Source: Balanoglossus misakiensis | Taxonomy: Eukaryota; Animalia; Hemichordata | Reading direction: 5' to 3' | Assembly (NCBI GenBank): GCA_040954595.2 | Contig: CM082576.2 | Location: 11,535,129 to 11,599,128, forward strand | DNA: 64,000 bases | Program-made: the position numbers and the translations under genes | Notes under the pieces: model-generated | Seen by the model: only the letters and a program-made list of their open reading frames with translations | Database searches by the model: none | What the model was told of the DNA's origin: nothing | Shown: piece by piece, positions 50,613 through 63,625 of the stretch | Layout: every line of letters starts with the position of its first letter | How positions within the stretch are numbered: position 1 is the first letter of the stretch

Positions 50613-53600
50613 ATGATGTCAAAGAAGTGTAACGGTTTTGTTGCAGTTCATGTGGGTAAGTTTTCAGTCTCATGGGCACATGCAATCTCTACCTCTCGAT
50701 CCAGCGACGGTTACACTTACAACGCGTACGCGGTGGACTCCGGCTTCAAGTCCAATGACTGCACGGGTGGTGACGAAAAGTCACTAACTTACTCTTGAAC
50801 AGTTTTGTGTAACTACGAGAATGTGCATGAGATAAGAAACGATAAGAAGATCGGCATTGCACATGGTATCATATCCGCAGGTCGATCCATCCACAGACAC
50901 AACAGCGCCACCTAGTGTTCCAATAAGATAAACATGACTCTCTTTCAATGGCAGGTGCTGGATACCATTCTCCAAGCAAATCTGAAGAATATAAGAGAGC
51001 TTGCTTTCAAGCTTGTGAAAAGGTAATGTAAAACAGAACTTCTGAAGGTATGTCAGTCGACCACTGCAAAAACTTGAGAACCGTTGTGCACACACCACAC
51101 ACAGGCATGTGGCACTTGAACTTGATTATGTCTTGATTCCAAATAAATAGGAGCACAGTGAGCTGTGTCTGTGCATGCTTTTTTATTTTCAAATATTTGA
51201 CAGGCGATGGTACTCATCCAGGAAGGGAAGGCATCTGTGGAAGCAGTGACGGCAGCAGTAACCGTTTTAGAAGTATGGATATATTTTTTTATTCCAAACA
51301 ATCCAAATACTTTCATTATCATTTTGTTAAACTTTCTGTCACAGACAGACCCAGTTGAAAACTTTTATTTAATATATGCGACAGTTAAATACTGCTAGTT
51401 CTTTATTGCAGGACTGTCCTTGTACCAATGCTGGCACTGGTTCTTGTCTGACTTTGGATGGAACTGTTGAATGTGATGCAAGTGTCATGGATGGCAACAC
51501 GCTGGGATATGGTGCTGTTGGGGCTCTGACAGGTAAACGGACAATCCTCAAAGATGACAGGACGTTACACCTTTCAATCAACTACACCCATTCAACTTAG
51601 CAAATGAGCCATTATTAAAGTTGGCAAAGTGCACCAATGAAATAATGTCAAATGTTTAATATGTTTCTGTTCAATTTGAGAGAGATATAGATCAGACAGA
51701 AAGCAGGCATTGGCATTCTGTGTTAAGATTTAAAAAAAATATTGTACAAGAGTGATCTCATATTGAAGTCAAATTATTTCAATCCAGCCGCTCTCGTATT
51801 ACAGGAATCAAGAATCCGGTAAAAGTAGCTCATCGTCTGCTGCAGGAAGAGCGCAAAGGTCTGATGTCACTTGGAAGAATACCACCATGGTAGGTTGTGA
51901 TCAGAATAATTGTGCCTCTCATACTTCACAAGTCATAAAATGCTGTCAAGTCATGCTATGTCATGATGATCCGTACATGAATGCAGAATTAAATCACCTA
52001 CGCAGTATTCTAAAGGAATAACCACTGCATAAAAAGGTGTTTTTGTATCTTTTCACTTTTCACACGGCTTACATGTTGAGCGAAAGCCTCCCCTATCCCT
52101 CCTGCTGTGATACAGAAGACAGCTCATTTTGTATGAACTTTTCAACTTATTATGCCAGGAGAATCCAAAAGACGATATACTTTCAATTTAACTGATCGTC
52201 ATGTATCCCAAAATGAACCACTTCCATTTCATTCCATAGTTTTCTTACAGGTGAGGGGGCACACAGATGGGCTGTCAGTCACGGAATAGACACAATCCCG
52301 CCAGAGAGGCTGATCACACAGAGTTCATCGTCGGCATACAAGAAATACAAACAGAAGCTGCAGTCAAGTGAAAGAAGAGAAAGTTGTCGGACGGACAGTG
52401 GAGTGAAGAAAAGGAGAACTGAGCCGGAAGGCACAAATAAAGTAAAGAATGCTTGAACGTAATGAAAATAAATTCCAAGTGAATGTAAACACTTAGATGC
52501 ACCAATTTTGGTTGTTGTTTCCAGCCTATTATAAAATCAAACATGCTGATTTTTCCTCTGTTTCTGCCACCATGATTCCAGGGCATGGATAGCGAAGCAT
52601 TACTGGATACTGTTGGTGCAGTGTGCATTGATCTTGATGGCAACATCAGCAGTGCTGTCTCTAGTGGTGGCCTTGCATTGAAACACCCGGGCAGAGTTGG
52701 CCAGGTAAGTTGGTCCAGCAAGCGGACTATTGATATCGAGAAAAAAAACTATTTCCAGTTTATGTGCACGCTCAAAACAGATCTATTGTCTGAAAAGCCA
52801 CTGACTTAAAACAGACGTGTTGAGTTGTGCATCATGTTATGAGCCTGGAATGCCTTTAGAGCAGCGACATCCATTTACATGCCCAAACATAAATGTGAAA
52901 ATTTCTGAATGGGAATGGAATGAATGTGATCCATCACAGTGGAATGTAATGTCATCCTGAGAATGATAATATACCAAATTTGCTATGAGCTAAAGTATAA
53001 GTAAAATTACCCATGGGTGCCGGCCATCACTGTGAAAGTGGAACTTATAATTCTTTTGGAATGTTGACTATCATTCATGTTTGTTACCAGGCAGCCGTGT
53101 ATGGTTGCGGATGTTGGGCTGTGAATGCATCAGCCGACCAACCAGTGTCTGTGGCATGCAGCACAACTGGTGAGTAAGGACTGTCAAAATCATTCGTACC
53201 TTTGTATGATCAGTCCTTCGATTTTCCTCATAAAGGATTAAAATTCTCTTTTTCTGAAAAAGCGTGATTCATCATGCTGATGTTGTCAAATTTGATTTTC
53301 TTGTATCATATGCCATCTGATATGTTCTATGAAGGTGATATATTGTACATGTAATTCCATGAATTGATGGTTAGTGACTACCCATGATAGTTTTTAGCCT
53401 GGTGATTTTTACCTGCAAAATTCATCATCTTTTAGGATGTGGTGAGCACTTGCTAAAGACGATGCTGGCAAGAAGATGTGCAGAAGTCGTGCAACAATCG
53501 GAAAACACAACACAGGCTACCAGTCAGGTCTTCAAACAGGAGTTTTTAGGTGATTATGTCTGTTCAGTGAACTTGACAATGTGTACTTTGTACTAGTCTA

Positions 53601-54479
53601 GTATCCAGACTATGCAAAAGCTTTGTGACATTAAATTTAAAAAAATTACTTTTGAATTATATGGTGATAGGTGTCCCCTTCAATCTCAAGTGTGTGAAAT
53701 TATACTTCTTGGCTGAATGACTACTGATTTGCATAAATATTGCAAATACACGTGGTGTTTGTAACATGCTGTGATTGAACGATGTGTCTCTTTGAAGCAA
53801 ACTCTACTGGGTCATTCACAGTCTGTTTTAGTTATAGATACATGTATGCATGTTCCCTGACCACTGGGGTCCAAGTTGAAGTGTAAAGCACCAGAGGATA
53901 TCTGATAGAAAGAGCAATGTTCAAATTTCCCCCCAAAGATGTGTTATGAAGAATCTGACTGATTGTTTGCTTTGTTTCAGAGTCCCCATTCCTCGCCAGT
54001 GTAGCACAGAAGCACGGTGGCGCAATCATTGTACGGTGTGAAGGAAACCAAGCTGAGCTGGTCTGGGCCCACACGACAGACAGCATGTGTATAGGTTACA
54101 TGGCTGGAGGCAAGACTAAACCAAAGGTCAGTTGTCATTTTATCGGGGTTGGGGATGGCTGGGTAAAAGGACAGCTCTGTTGGTAAAAGGCAAAATTCAT
54201 TTTGGCTGTATGGGAGCGAAAGTTTTTGTGAATTTATGAATGCAGATTTGTGCTCATAGTTTTACTGCTGTCAACACTGATATTTTTATGTACATGTTTA
54301 TGTGTGTTTATTCTTTGATGTGTGTAAAATGCTGTCCCTACAAAGTCTTGAAATCATATTATTTCTGATTAATTCTGGGGTTGCTTTTTCTCCTCCAGAT
54401 GCGAATATCCAGATTGCCAGAAACTGCCATTACAGGAAAATCCCTAGCCCTGGAAGGAATAGTGTCGGATATCAGCTGA
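50613..54479 (+). CDS. TASP1: Threonine aspartase 1 (taspase-1; asparaginase-2/Ntn hydrolase), ~376 aa, 11 exons
   Basis: Exons 50613-50655, 50955-51022, 51204-51272, 51412-51532, 51805-51889, 52240-52441, 52582-52704, 53091-53169, 53436-53549, 53981-54126, 54399-54479. Motifs: [47 protein letters not shown] (D-T autocleavage site), [38 protein letters not shown]. Confidence 0.96.
50903..50919 (-). promoter_or_regulatory. CTCF-like motif in TASP1 intron 1
   Basis: Reverse complement AACACTAGGTGGCGCTG, identical over 16 bp to the site at 27154. Confidence 0.5.
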
Positions 54480-55400
54480 CACTTACAGATGGAGGATGGC
54501 AAATTAGCACAGGAATAGTGGTCCATTAAAAAAGCCTGTTGTCTGTCTCCATTAGCTTTTCTGTGATAGATAGATAGACTGACGAGGAAGAGATGTGATG
54601 ACCAAGTTATTTACCATGCCGTGAAAGAATTGTGAACTTGGCATTCAACAAATGTTTATGGTCTATGCGGCATGCCACTCCCATATATGGTATATGACAT
54701 ACAATGTACATGTATATCTCAGTGTGGCTAGCTCAAGCCACAGTGTTACTGTAGTGGCTATGTATACTATCAGTTCAGGGTGTATCATGCATATTTATGT
54801 AATAAAAGTGAAATAATCACAATATTTATGCATAATCAGCAATGATTTTAATATTAAATTGTAAATTTATAAATATTGAAATTGCATAAATTATACAATT
54901 TTATGTTATTATTATTTCCAATACATTTTAATTTCTTGGTCCTCATTCAGAAAAATGTTCAGTCACTGCATCATCCATTACAAACAAGTTTAAAAGTCCC
55001 AACTCCCCCCCCCCCCCCCTCCGTACTATTTTTTTGTGATCAATACCTGAAACCAGCACCTCCTCACACATTATATACATATCCAACGTAAAATGTGTTC
55101 TTGTGCGTTTGTGATCAGTACGATGTTATGTCTTCTGACCTTCAGTGACCTTGTACCCTCATCCGCCCCGCCCCGTAGCCTCGTTTTGGTTTGGTCGGCG
55201 TTCGGCGAATGGAACCGACCGGAAGGGCTTTTAGGGTGAAAGTACTTCATTCGCTGACAACACCGTGACTGCGTCTCACGTGACTGGACAAGACATTACC
55301 GGTATATAATCATAATACGTACGACTGTGCGTCATAATCATTTGCAAGGACGCTTATATGTGTACGACTTGAAGTTTATCCGAATCCTAGGTATAATCAA

Positions 55401-58384
55401 ATGGAAAAAATTATGGCATGTGGACAAAGCCTACCAATGATTGTAGTTCGAGGTACGAACTACGAAGTGGGTTACCAGATTGTAAGTATGCCCTTTTTGA
55501 AGTCCTGGTTTATGCCGAACGTGAAACTATTTCTCTGAACAGCACAAATCGTGTGTAGACGTCGTGGATTTCTGTTATTACTGCATATTTTCCCATAGAT
55601 TTGATGAGAATTGAAGCTTCGATCATGGCGTCTACATTTTATTACACATAGTACACGTACAGTACGGCCGGTGTCACCGGTGTCCGGCAACGAAAACCCC
55701 TCAATGACGTCAAACAGATGTCCCGGCCGTTCCAATGTTTTGTTATGCAAAATATGCCTATGACGCCGGTCGGTCGGACGTTCGCGATAGCGTTAGATTT
55801 TCCGAAATTTCCCCTGAGATAAAACTAAAAGATTGTTGTGCGGCCGGCCGGGTATTAATTTACTATTTGTTTACATGCATAATGTATGCGCGTTCTAATG
55901 TCTAAGGTCAAGCTTGGGGACTTTCCCTTACATCACCGACTCTAGGGGGCGGCCTGCCAAAATCTCACAAGCTCAAAACAAAATGTATCAAGAATTTAAC
56001 ATAATTAATCAAGTTTGTATGTCATACAGCTTCATCAATTATGAATAATTTACAACACAAATTAGACCAACTCCATTGTGTCATAAGATATTGTACAATA
56101 ACATAACACGTTAGTCCCTCAAAGAAAGACAGTGAAGGGCAGTGAGCGTCCTTGAGCGACACGTTTGCAGTCTACTTGTTTACATACGTCATCACCCATG
56201 AATTAACCCACTCACGCATATCATGTCATACCAAGGTCATACTGAATATCCCGACTATTTAGAATTTGTCCCATTTCTATACTTTGACGTATCCAACTGT
56301 GGGCAGGTATTAATTGCAAATGGATAATTTTAGTGTTAAATTTCCCCTACAAATGTACATTTCACAACTACATTTCATTAAACCTCTTTTTTTGACAATT
56401 TTGCATTCCTTTAGGGAACCACTTTCAAGAGCCTTATACAGGCACCAGTGAATATGAAACTTGTTGAGAAATTGGACACGCCGAAAGGAAATAAAATGTA
56501 CAGCTCATATTTAAAAGTTGTTCAAGATGTCTATCCACATTACGTCGATGAACTGAAGGGTATTGCAGAGGGCTCTGGTGTGCCGTTTAAATATGTAAGT
56601 CTTTCACGTTACACTTGAAACCTGTAGATATGGTTTAAAGGGACAAAGTCCCTCACACGTGACATTGTTTTAGTTAAAAGTCTAGTTATTCTCTAGTTCG
56701 ATGACTGGCGTCACAACTATATCTCACGCTCATTCATAAATGTTCGAATATATAACAACAGTTTTTGGTGTCAACTGAAAAATAATTAGTGTTCAAACTC
56801 AAAGTATTCCGGTTTATTTTTTCCGTGTTTTGTTTCGTTTAGCTACTCTTAAAGTTACTCACCCCAGAGATCAATGCCGTCTCTGGCAAGCCTCCACGCG
56901 GACACGTGCCGTTAGCGGATGGATGTACAGACTTGATTCTCAATTCACCAGAACAGGTGAGTGACGTTTTTATCTGTACCGTATACTGTTTCAGACCTGT
57001 CCTTTTACCGCTTAGTTGAAGGTGCGGTGGTGATAACATTTTCAAAATGAAATATGTCAACACATGGTTTTTTTTTACAAGTGGGTTCAGTGTGATCTTC
57101 AAGGTATTAAACATAAAAATTAAATACCACCGAAAAAGAAAATCACCACACTCCCTCTTCTACACAGGCACTTATAACACACAGTGAAGACGTGTCACCG
57201 GAGATGGTCAACGGTTATTTAGTGAAGGCTCACATCCTGCCCTCGGACAGCAACCCGAGAGAAGAGAAATTCCTGGCCTACAGCGACCCCGGCATGTTGC
57301 CGGGCAACACGTTCAATGTCAACTCCCACGGAGTGGTGACGACTTGCAATATGATGTTTCAGAAGGGCGTCACATCGACAAATGCCATCAGTAAGATCTT
57401 TGGCTTTTATCAGCCCCATCAAGGGGTCTCCCCTCCCTTCCGATGTTAAACCCGTTTTTTCAACCTTTGGTCATACATGTACATTGTTGGACAGACATTA
57501 ACTAGCAAGACGTCACATGATTTTCATAGTGGCTTTAGTGAGAATTGTGTATCAGAGTCCATGGAAGTCTTTACAATTATTCCTCTTTATATCTTCCACA
57601 CACAGTCCGCAAGTTTGTCACACGGGCACTCCTGTCAGCTGAAAGTCTGGATGACGCCATCAGCATCCTGAAAAGGCCTCCGGGAACTGGGTCGGCGTTT
57701 AATATCAACATCGCCGTCAAAGGCAAAGACGGCGAGAAGCCAGAAATGTACAGCCTCGAGAACGGCCACGGCCCAGACGGCCCGTTGGTTCATGTACATA
57801 AATACGGTGAAGGATTGTCGTACCATTTTAATGCGTGAGTAGAATTGGTTGTAAATGTGGTTGTTCCGACATCTTTTCATCTGTCGTCTGTCAGCATAGG
57901 CCTTGATGTACGAATTTGAGCAGGAGTCAAAACATTTGATAAAATTATCCCTGCATACCGGGTAGACCACTCTAGCGAACAGCAACTTTGTTTCTGTCCA
58001 TCATTTGCCATGTTTTTTTTAAAATGTTGTACATGTTATTGATTCTTCCCAGGGTACGACGATTGAATATCGATCACTACGTCGACAACAGTTCTCGGCA
58101 CAGAGTTGCGCGGCTGAAGGAGTTCCCACATCCAAATGACATGAAGGATCTTTTGGAAATAATGAGTGACAGAAAAGACGAGGACTTCCCCATCTACCGA
58201 AATGGGGCACATCCAGACCCGTTTGCCACGGCCAGCATTGGTAAGATACCAGTTAAAGCCGGCGATTTGCTAAAGTCTTGCTTATCAAAGCTTCTAACTG
58301 ACACTTGAACAAAGTAATACCCAGCTACTACGTCATTGGTCACTGACTCCGCTGCACATGATGATGACGATGATGGTGATGATG

Positions 58385-58416
<32 letters not shown>

Positions 58417-58623
58417 TTTGCTCTATTCTCAAGCCAAACATTTTGCAAGTGCTTCCAGTCACAAATACATATTCTGTGTGTTTTACTTACAGGGGCCTTT
58501 GATCTAGTGAATTATGTGCTGTATGTCTACAAGGGAAACCCAAAGGAGTGTGAATACAATGCAAGTGCAGTGTTTAACATACGGAATCACATTGAAGAAC
58601 TATTCGGTTCCTTCAACCTGTAA
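55401..58623 (+). CDS. Peptidase C45 family / beta-alanyl-dopamine/carcinine hydrolase (Tan)-like Ntn hydrolase, copy A (~381 aa, 7 exons)
   Basis: Exons 55401-55481, 56415-56594, 56843-56956, 57168-57390, 57606-57834, 58053-58240, 58493-58623. Motifs: RGTNYEVGYQIG, YPHYVDELKGIAEGSGVPF, DG|CT nucleophile site, HSED, PGMLPGNTFNVNSHG, RKFVTRALLSA. An alternative start ATG lies at 55413. Confidence 0.9.
58358..58416. repeat. Imperfect (GAT)n microsatellite in the last intron of C45 copy A
   Basis: Read directly. It lies upstream of the acceptor at 58492, so the poly-Asp in the ORF track is intronic. Confidence 0.9.
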
Positions 58624-59855
58624 CTGATTTACAACCCAGGAACTTACATGTGTGCTGCAAAAATAATATATTATGAGTACAGTGGAAAGAGCATATATTT
58701 ACTTGTCTTGCTTAGTAATCTGTTTCAAGGGATACCTGTAGGATTTCTTTTTCTTTCTCGTGTGTACATTGAGATAAAATTTTATGACTTCAATTTACAA
58801 ACATAATTAGTGCAGGGTTGTCTTTTAAAATATATCTGACTTAAGAACACTTAGCCTTTGGCACAAATGATTGTTGAATCTGATGGAGAGAGTCAATTGA
58901 AATATTACCCAACCAAGAATTCAAAGAAGAAACTTTACATCGTCCTTTTCGTCCAATGTCTGTTGTAGCCATGTAGGTGAGATGACACATATGTGCAGCA
59001 GGAAGCAATTCAAAAGTGGGGGAAGAAACATCATTGTTGTTGTTATTTATTATTGTTGTTATTTATCGTTGTTGTTGTTGTTAACTAAATTTGGTACTTC
59101 TTAGCACTTTTAAACAAATATGACATATTTTTCTCAAATCAGTGTTCTTTTTATTAAAAGGCCACACAAAATCCTAAAATGTGCGGTGATGTATGATAGA
59201 TTTATCACTTTTAACGAGCAATTATTAATTAAGGAGTCAGGTGACTGACATGTACTTAGTTACCAGATGCCTGCGAGTGAACTGTATTACGTTTGCAGGA
59301 TATTGAACCGGTGACTTCAAGTCCCGGCGCCCAGCGAGTTGGTGCTTATGCTGTCAACAGGACAATTTAGTGTGTGAAGTTTTTCCTGTGACATTTACTA
59401 GTATACCAAAGTGACTATTCCACTCAACTGGATATGTGTTTGTGTGGAAAATATTATAATATATTATGTGACGCACAACTTCAGTAATTTGCAAGTAATT
59501 ATCTTAATTCAAATTTGTCAAGAGATATTTTTTTTACTTTATCCCGAGAAACTTTCATGGCCAGTTGTAACAGAACTGTCATCTTCAAAGTTAGTGCGTC
59601 GTTAATTAAAGTTGTGCTTGCAAACATGAATTTCAGAGTTTAATTTAATAGTAGCACGAGTCACATGATAAACAGCGTGTGTGTGGAATGACTGTGCATG
59701 AGAGTATGAAACTTTTTTTTTTCATTTTAAAACGAAATTAAACCCATATTATTCCTAAATTAACACCCCCCCCTCCCCTACAACAAATGGTCCTCTCCTT
59801 AGCCAAATCTTATCGTGAATATCAGAAAAGTATCACATCGTAAGGAGACAAGAAA

Positions 59856-62800
59856 ATGGCGGGGGAACTATGTCTACCAGTGATTGTGGCTCGAGGCACG
59901 AACTATGACGTTGGCTACCAGATGGTAAGTGTGCAGGGAAATTAAGTGCACTGTCACGGGCATGAGCAGCCCCATGCATCTATAATGGTTGCATATAGCG
60001 CGGTTCAGTAGCTGGAGGTTTTGCCTTGGTCTGTGTGTTAGACGGCAAAACCAGAGCTATAGATCAACCATTCCGAAAGCGTCGCGAGAATCAGTGTCAT
60101 GTCTTACACTTGGTCGTACACTTGGTCGCACGTGCGCTCAACAGGCCTGGGTTGATAAATATGATTTCGCGCGTTTCGACAGTAAAGTATCGAAATCTTT
60201 GTCTTGATGTCACGCACACAAGCAGTGTTTAGTGCGTGCTCATAGTTTTGTTGTATTCTTATTGGATAAGTAAATATAAAATGTTGCATTGACCAATGAG
60301 GGTTTTAGTGAGGAAAATGCCATATGCGTGCTGAGGCAATTTTGAGCCACTTCTAGGCAGATCTTTGAGCAGCACAGACGTTCGGTCCTTGTTCATCAAA
60401 TTTTTTCGCCGCCAGTTTTTAGGCATTTGTAGCATTAGTATACAGTTCACAAGTCTGAAGATGCTACCTGTATTGTTATAGACATGTAGTTTTGGGAGGA
60501 AAGTTTTACAGTTTTTAAAGTTTTCATACATTGTATCCATTTCACATGATTTGTAAATCTGGTGGTAAGCTGGTGAGGTCCAACACCACACCTCGAGCCC
60601 TATCATGCATGGCAAATGGACTGCAGGTTTTCAGAGTATTTTCCACTTTGGCTGAAAGGTTTATCTCTGTTTTTTCCTGACCCGCTAGATAGGGTGCTGA
60701 CAGGATGTTTTACCACACAGATAAAGTCTTGGATTTTCTCTTACAATAGTTGCTATCATATGTTCAGTGCGAAGTTCACGTCTTTGCTCGAGCTTGCACA
60801 GTTCGCTTTCTAGTTGCAAATAAACAAGGCCGACTGCTCTTTGGTCTGGCTGTCACCATATTTTGGTCGTCTGTGATTAGTGTTACTATGCAACAATGTG
60901 TGAGAGAGGGCTACTGTATGGCAGTGGAGTCAAGACATATATAGAGGCGACGGTGAGAGGGCGCTCGTGGTGACATGACATCTGACCTACCACGTAACAC
61001 TAGCACTGGGGGCACTTTTAAAAGGGCTGAATCATTTATTATCCTGGGGTGTGTAAAGTGGCCTTTGTCAAAAAGGGATTCCCTATGGCCACCTCCAGAA
61101 CATCCGTCCACAGCAGGCGAGAAGGAAACCATGTCCATGAGATGCATTCATCTTGCAATTTGTAATATTTTCCGTTGATTGCTGTGTGTCACAACGATCG
61201 ACCACAATCGAGTTTTTAACCAAAATATGATATTTCAACCACACTTAGGGATCAACTTTCAAGAGTATCATCCAGGAAACCGTGGACGAGAAACTTGAGA
61301 AAGACACGACACAAGAAAACGAAATTTACAGTACGTATTTGCAAGTTGGCCGAGACGCTTATCCACATTACGTCAGGGAATTGCAGGGTATTGCTGACGG
61401 CGCTAATGTACCATTCAAGAGTGTAAGTGCGTCATCTCCGAATTTTATTTCTGTGTCTGTCACTGTACATGTATATCCACAAATGAACAACAACAATTTC
61501 AATCAAACAAACATAATTTATAAAGCGCTTAGTAGAATTGGTCCGCACAGTAAGCTAGTTTGAAAAGATGCGTCTCCAGTTTGTTTTTGAATGTTTCCAG
61601 ACTTTCATGGTGATTAACGGATTTCTTGTCGCTGATCGGGGAGAAAGAAATGGAGGACGTTCGCATGCATTTTTTGCGGTGTACAAGACTTCACACTACC
61701 CTGTTGAATAGTTTTCTAACGTGATTAAACCGAAAACCATCGAACCAACGTATAACATAATGTTTATACGTTTTCGCCCGTTGATTTTCCTTTATTCAGT
61801 TGTTCTTGAAGTTGCTGGGTTCTGAGATACAGTCGCTGTCGGGTGACCCTCCGTTCAAAAATACAGACAGTGGTGAAGGGTGCACGGATCTGATTTTGAA
61901 CTCAGCAGAGCAGGTAAATAGAATGTTTTCTTTGCATGTCTCCTCAACATCACTTAATACGGTTCTTTCAAACTTTACAAATTCGGATTCTCCCGCGGAA
62001 CCGTCCATGCACTAAAATGACCACATAGGCCTACAATTTACAGAACCAATACCACGCTGACTTCTCACTCTGCACAGGCTGTCATTATTCACAGTGAGGA
62101 CGTAACACCAGACATGACCAAAGGTTACGTGGTACAGGCGCACATCTTGCCGTCTGAAAGCAACCCGAGAGAGGAGAAATTCGTCGCCTATTGCGACCCC
62201 GGCATGTTGCCTGGCAACTCGTTCGGGGCCAACGCCCACGGGCTTGTTGTCACTGGCAATATCCTGTTTCAAAAGGGAATCACGTCAAGGAACGCAATCG
62301 GTACGCACTTGAGATCAAACCAGTAGGGTTCTTTATAAGTTGTAAATACATGTACAAGAGCTAACTGCATGGCTAGTTAAAATATATTTCATTCGGTTTT
62401 CAATAAAAGACAAAACAGCAATGTCTTCATTATCATCTGTTCCAACTACTCATCCCCAACACACAGCACGCAAATTTGTCACGAGGGCGCTGCTGTCATC
62501 AGAAAACCTGGAAGACGTCATCCGTATCATCAAACGGCCGCCGGGAGTTGGGTCAGCCTTCAATGTCAATGTTGCCACCAAGGGCAACGGTGGCTCGGAG
62601 AAACCGTCGTTCTACAGCGTGGAGTTTGCTCACAGTCCAGAGGGCTCTGTGGTTGATGTACACGAGTATGGAGAAGGGATGTCGTACCATTTAAATATGT
62701 GAGTGATAGATAGATGCAGTACCGTCGCGAGAAATCGATGACTTGGAAATGCGCAAATTGGCCAAAATTGTAACAAAATCCTGACCTTATAATAAATATA

Positions 62801-63625
62801 GTAGGGAGACGATACACAGTAACTTGCACCTTTCATTTTTAGTGTCTATTTTTTTAATTCGGTCGCATGACACTCAAGCTTTCTGAAATTCGTGTACGCC
62901 ACACTGAACTCTTCACAGGTACCAAAGACTGAAAGTGGACCACTTTGTCGACGAAAGTTCTCTACACAGATCTGCTCGTATCCAAGAACTTTCCACACCA
63001 CAGTCCATGAAAGATCTATTGGAAATAATAAGTGATACAGACAACCAGACCTATCCCATCTTCCGAGTCGCTTGTCCACCTGACCCGTATGCCACAGCCT
63101 GTATAGGTGCGACATGCAATACATTACTCAATTTTGATCGTCCATTTTGTACAATACTTGTCGCTCTTATCCCGCGTCATAGTTTTCATAGTTTCTCGTA
63201 AAACTATGCATTAAAGCCGACTATGAGCTACTTTCTTGGAGCACGGGGAAAGTTGGCGCATTTGAACTTTGAGCCGTTGTAAGTCAACATGGCAGCGCAA
63301 CCAACAATTTCCTTGCGCATTTCAACAAACTTGGGCATATTGTGGAGTATTCTGCGTGTAAAATCATAGACCTGGAAGCGATGTGGTAGAAAACACCTCA
63401 CAATGTAAAGACAATATCCACCGAATGATTGTCGTACGTCAAGTGTACCCAATGGTGATTATTGAATGCAAATTTCATGTAATTTTATTTGCAGGGGCAT
63501 TTGATGTAATGAACGATTTGCTGTATGTCTACAGAGGAAACCCAAAGGAATGCGAATACCAGCCAAGTGCAGTGTTTAACATACGAAATCATATCCAAGA
63601 ATTGTTCAGTTCTTTCAAACCCTAA
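59856..63625 (+). CDS. Peptidase C45 family / Tan-like Ntn hydrolase, copy B (~376 aa, 7 exons)
   Basis: Exons 59856-59924, 61249-61422, 61800-61913, 62078-62300, 62467-62698, 62919-63106, 63495-63625. Intron phases are identical to copy A. Motifs: EG|CTDLILNS, HSED, PGMLPGNSFGANAHG. Confidence 0.9.

Noticed and set aside
52905-52960. TGGAATGTAA resembling the miR-1 5' end; also a miR-375-like string near 26420-26450
   Set aside because: Matches do not extend over a mature miRNA length and no complementary hairpin arm is visible.
58336-58492. Poly-Asp/His N-terminus in ORF 58336..58623
   Set aside because: Intronic (GAT)n repeat. The true acceptor is at 58492, and paralog B has the same exon boundary.
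59950-61170. Possible Helentron/other interspersed repeat in C45 copy B intron 1, with similar-looking fragments at 1-350 and 29220-29460
   Set aside because: I could not define termini, TSDs or a second in-window copy; a RepeatMasker or BLAST search is needed.
50613-63625. Three Ntn-hydrolase genes in a row (TASP1 plus two C45) as a functional cluster
   Set aside because: Different families (Thr vs Cys nucleophile) with no shared sequence or exon structure; adjacency is probably coincidental.
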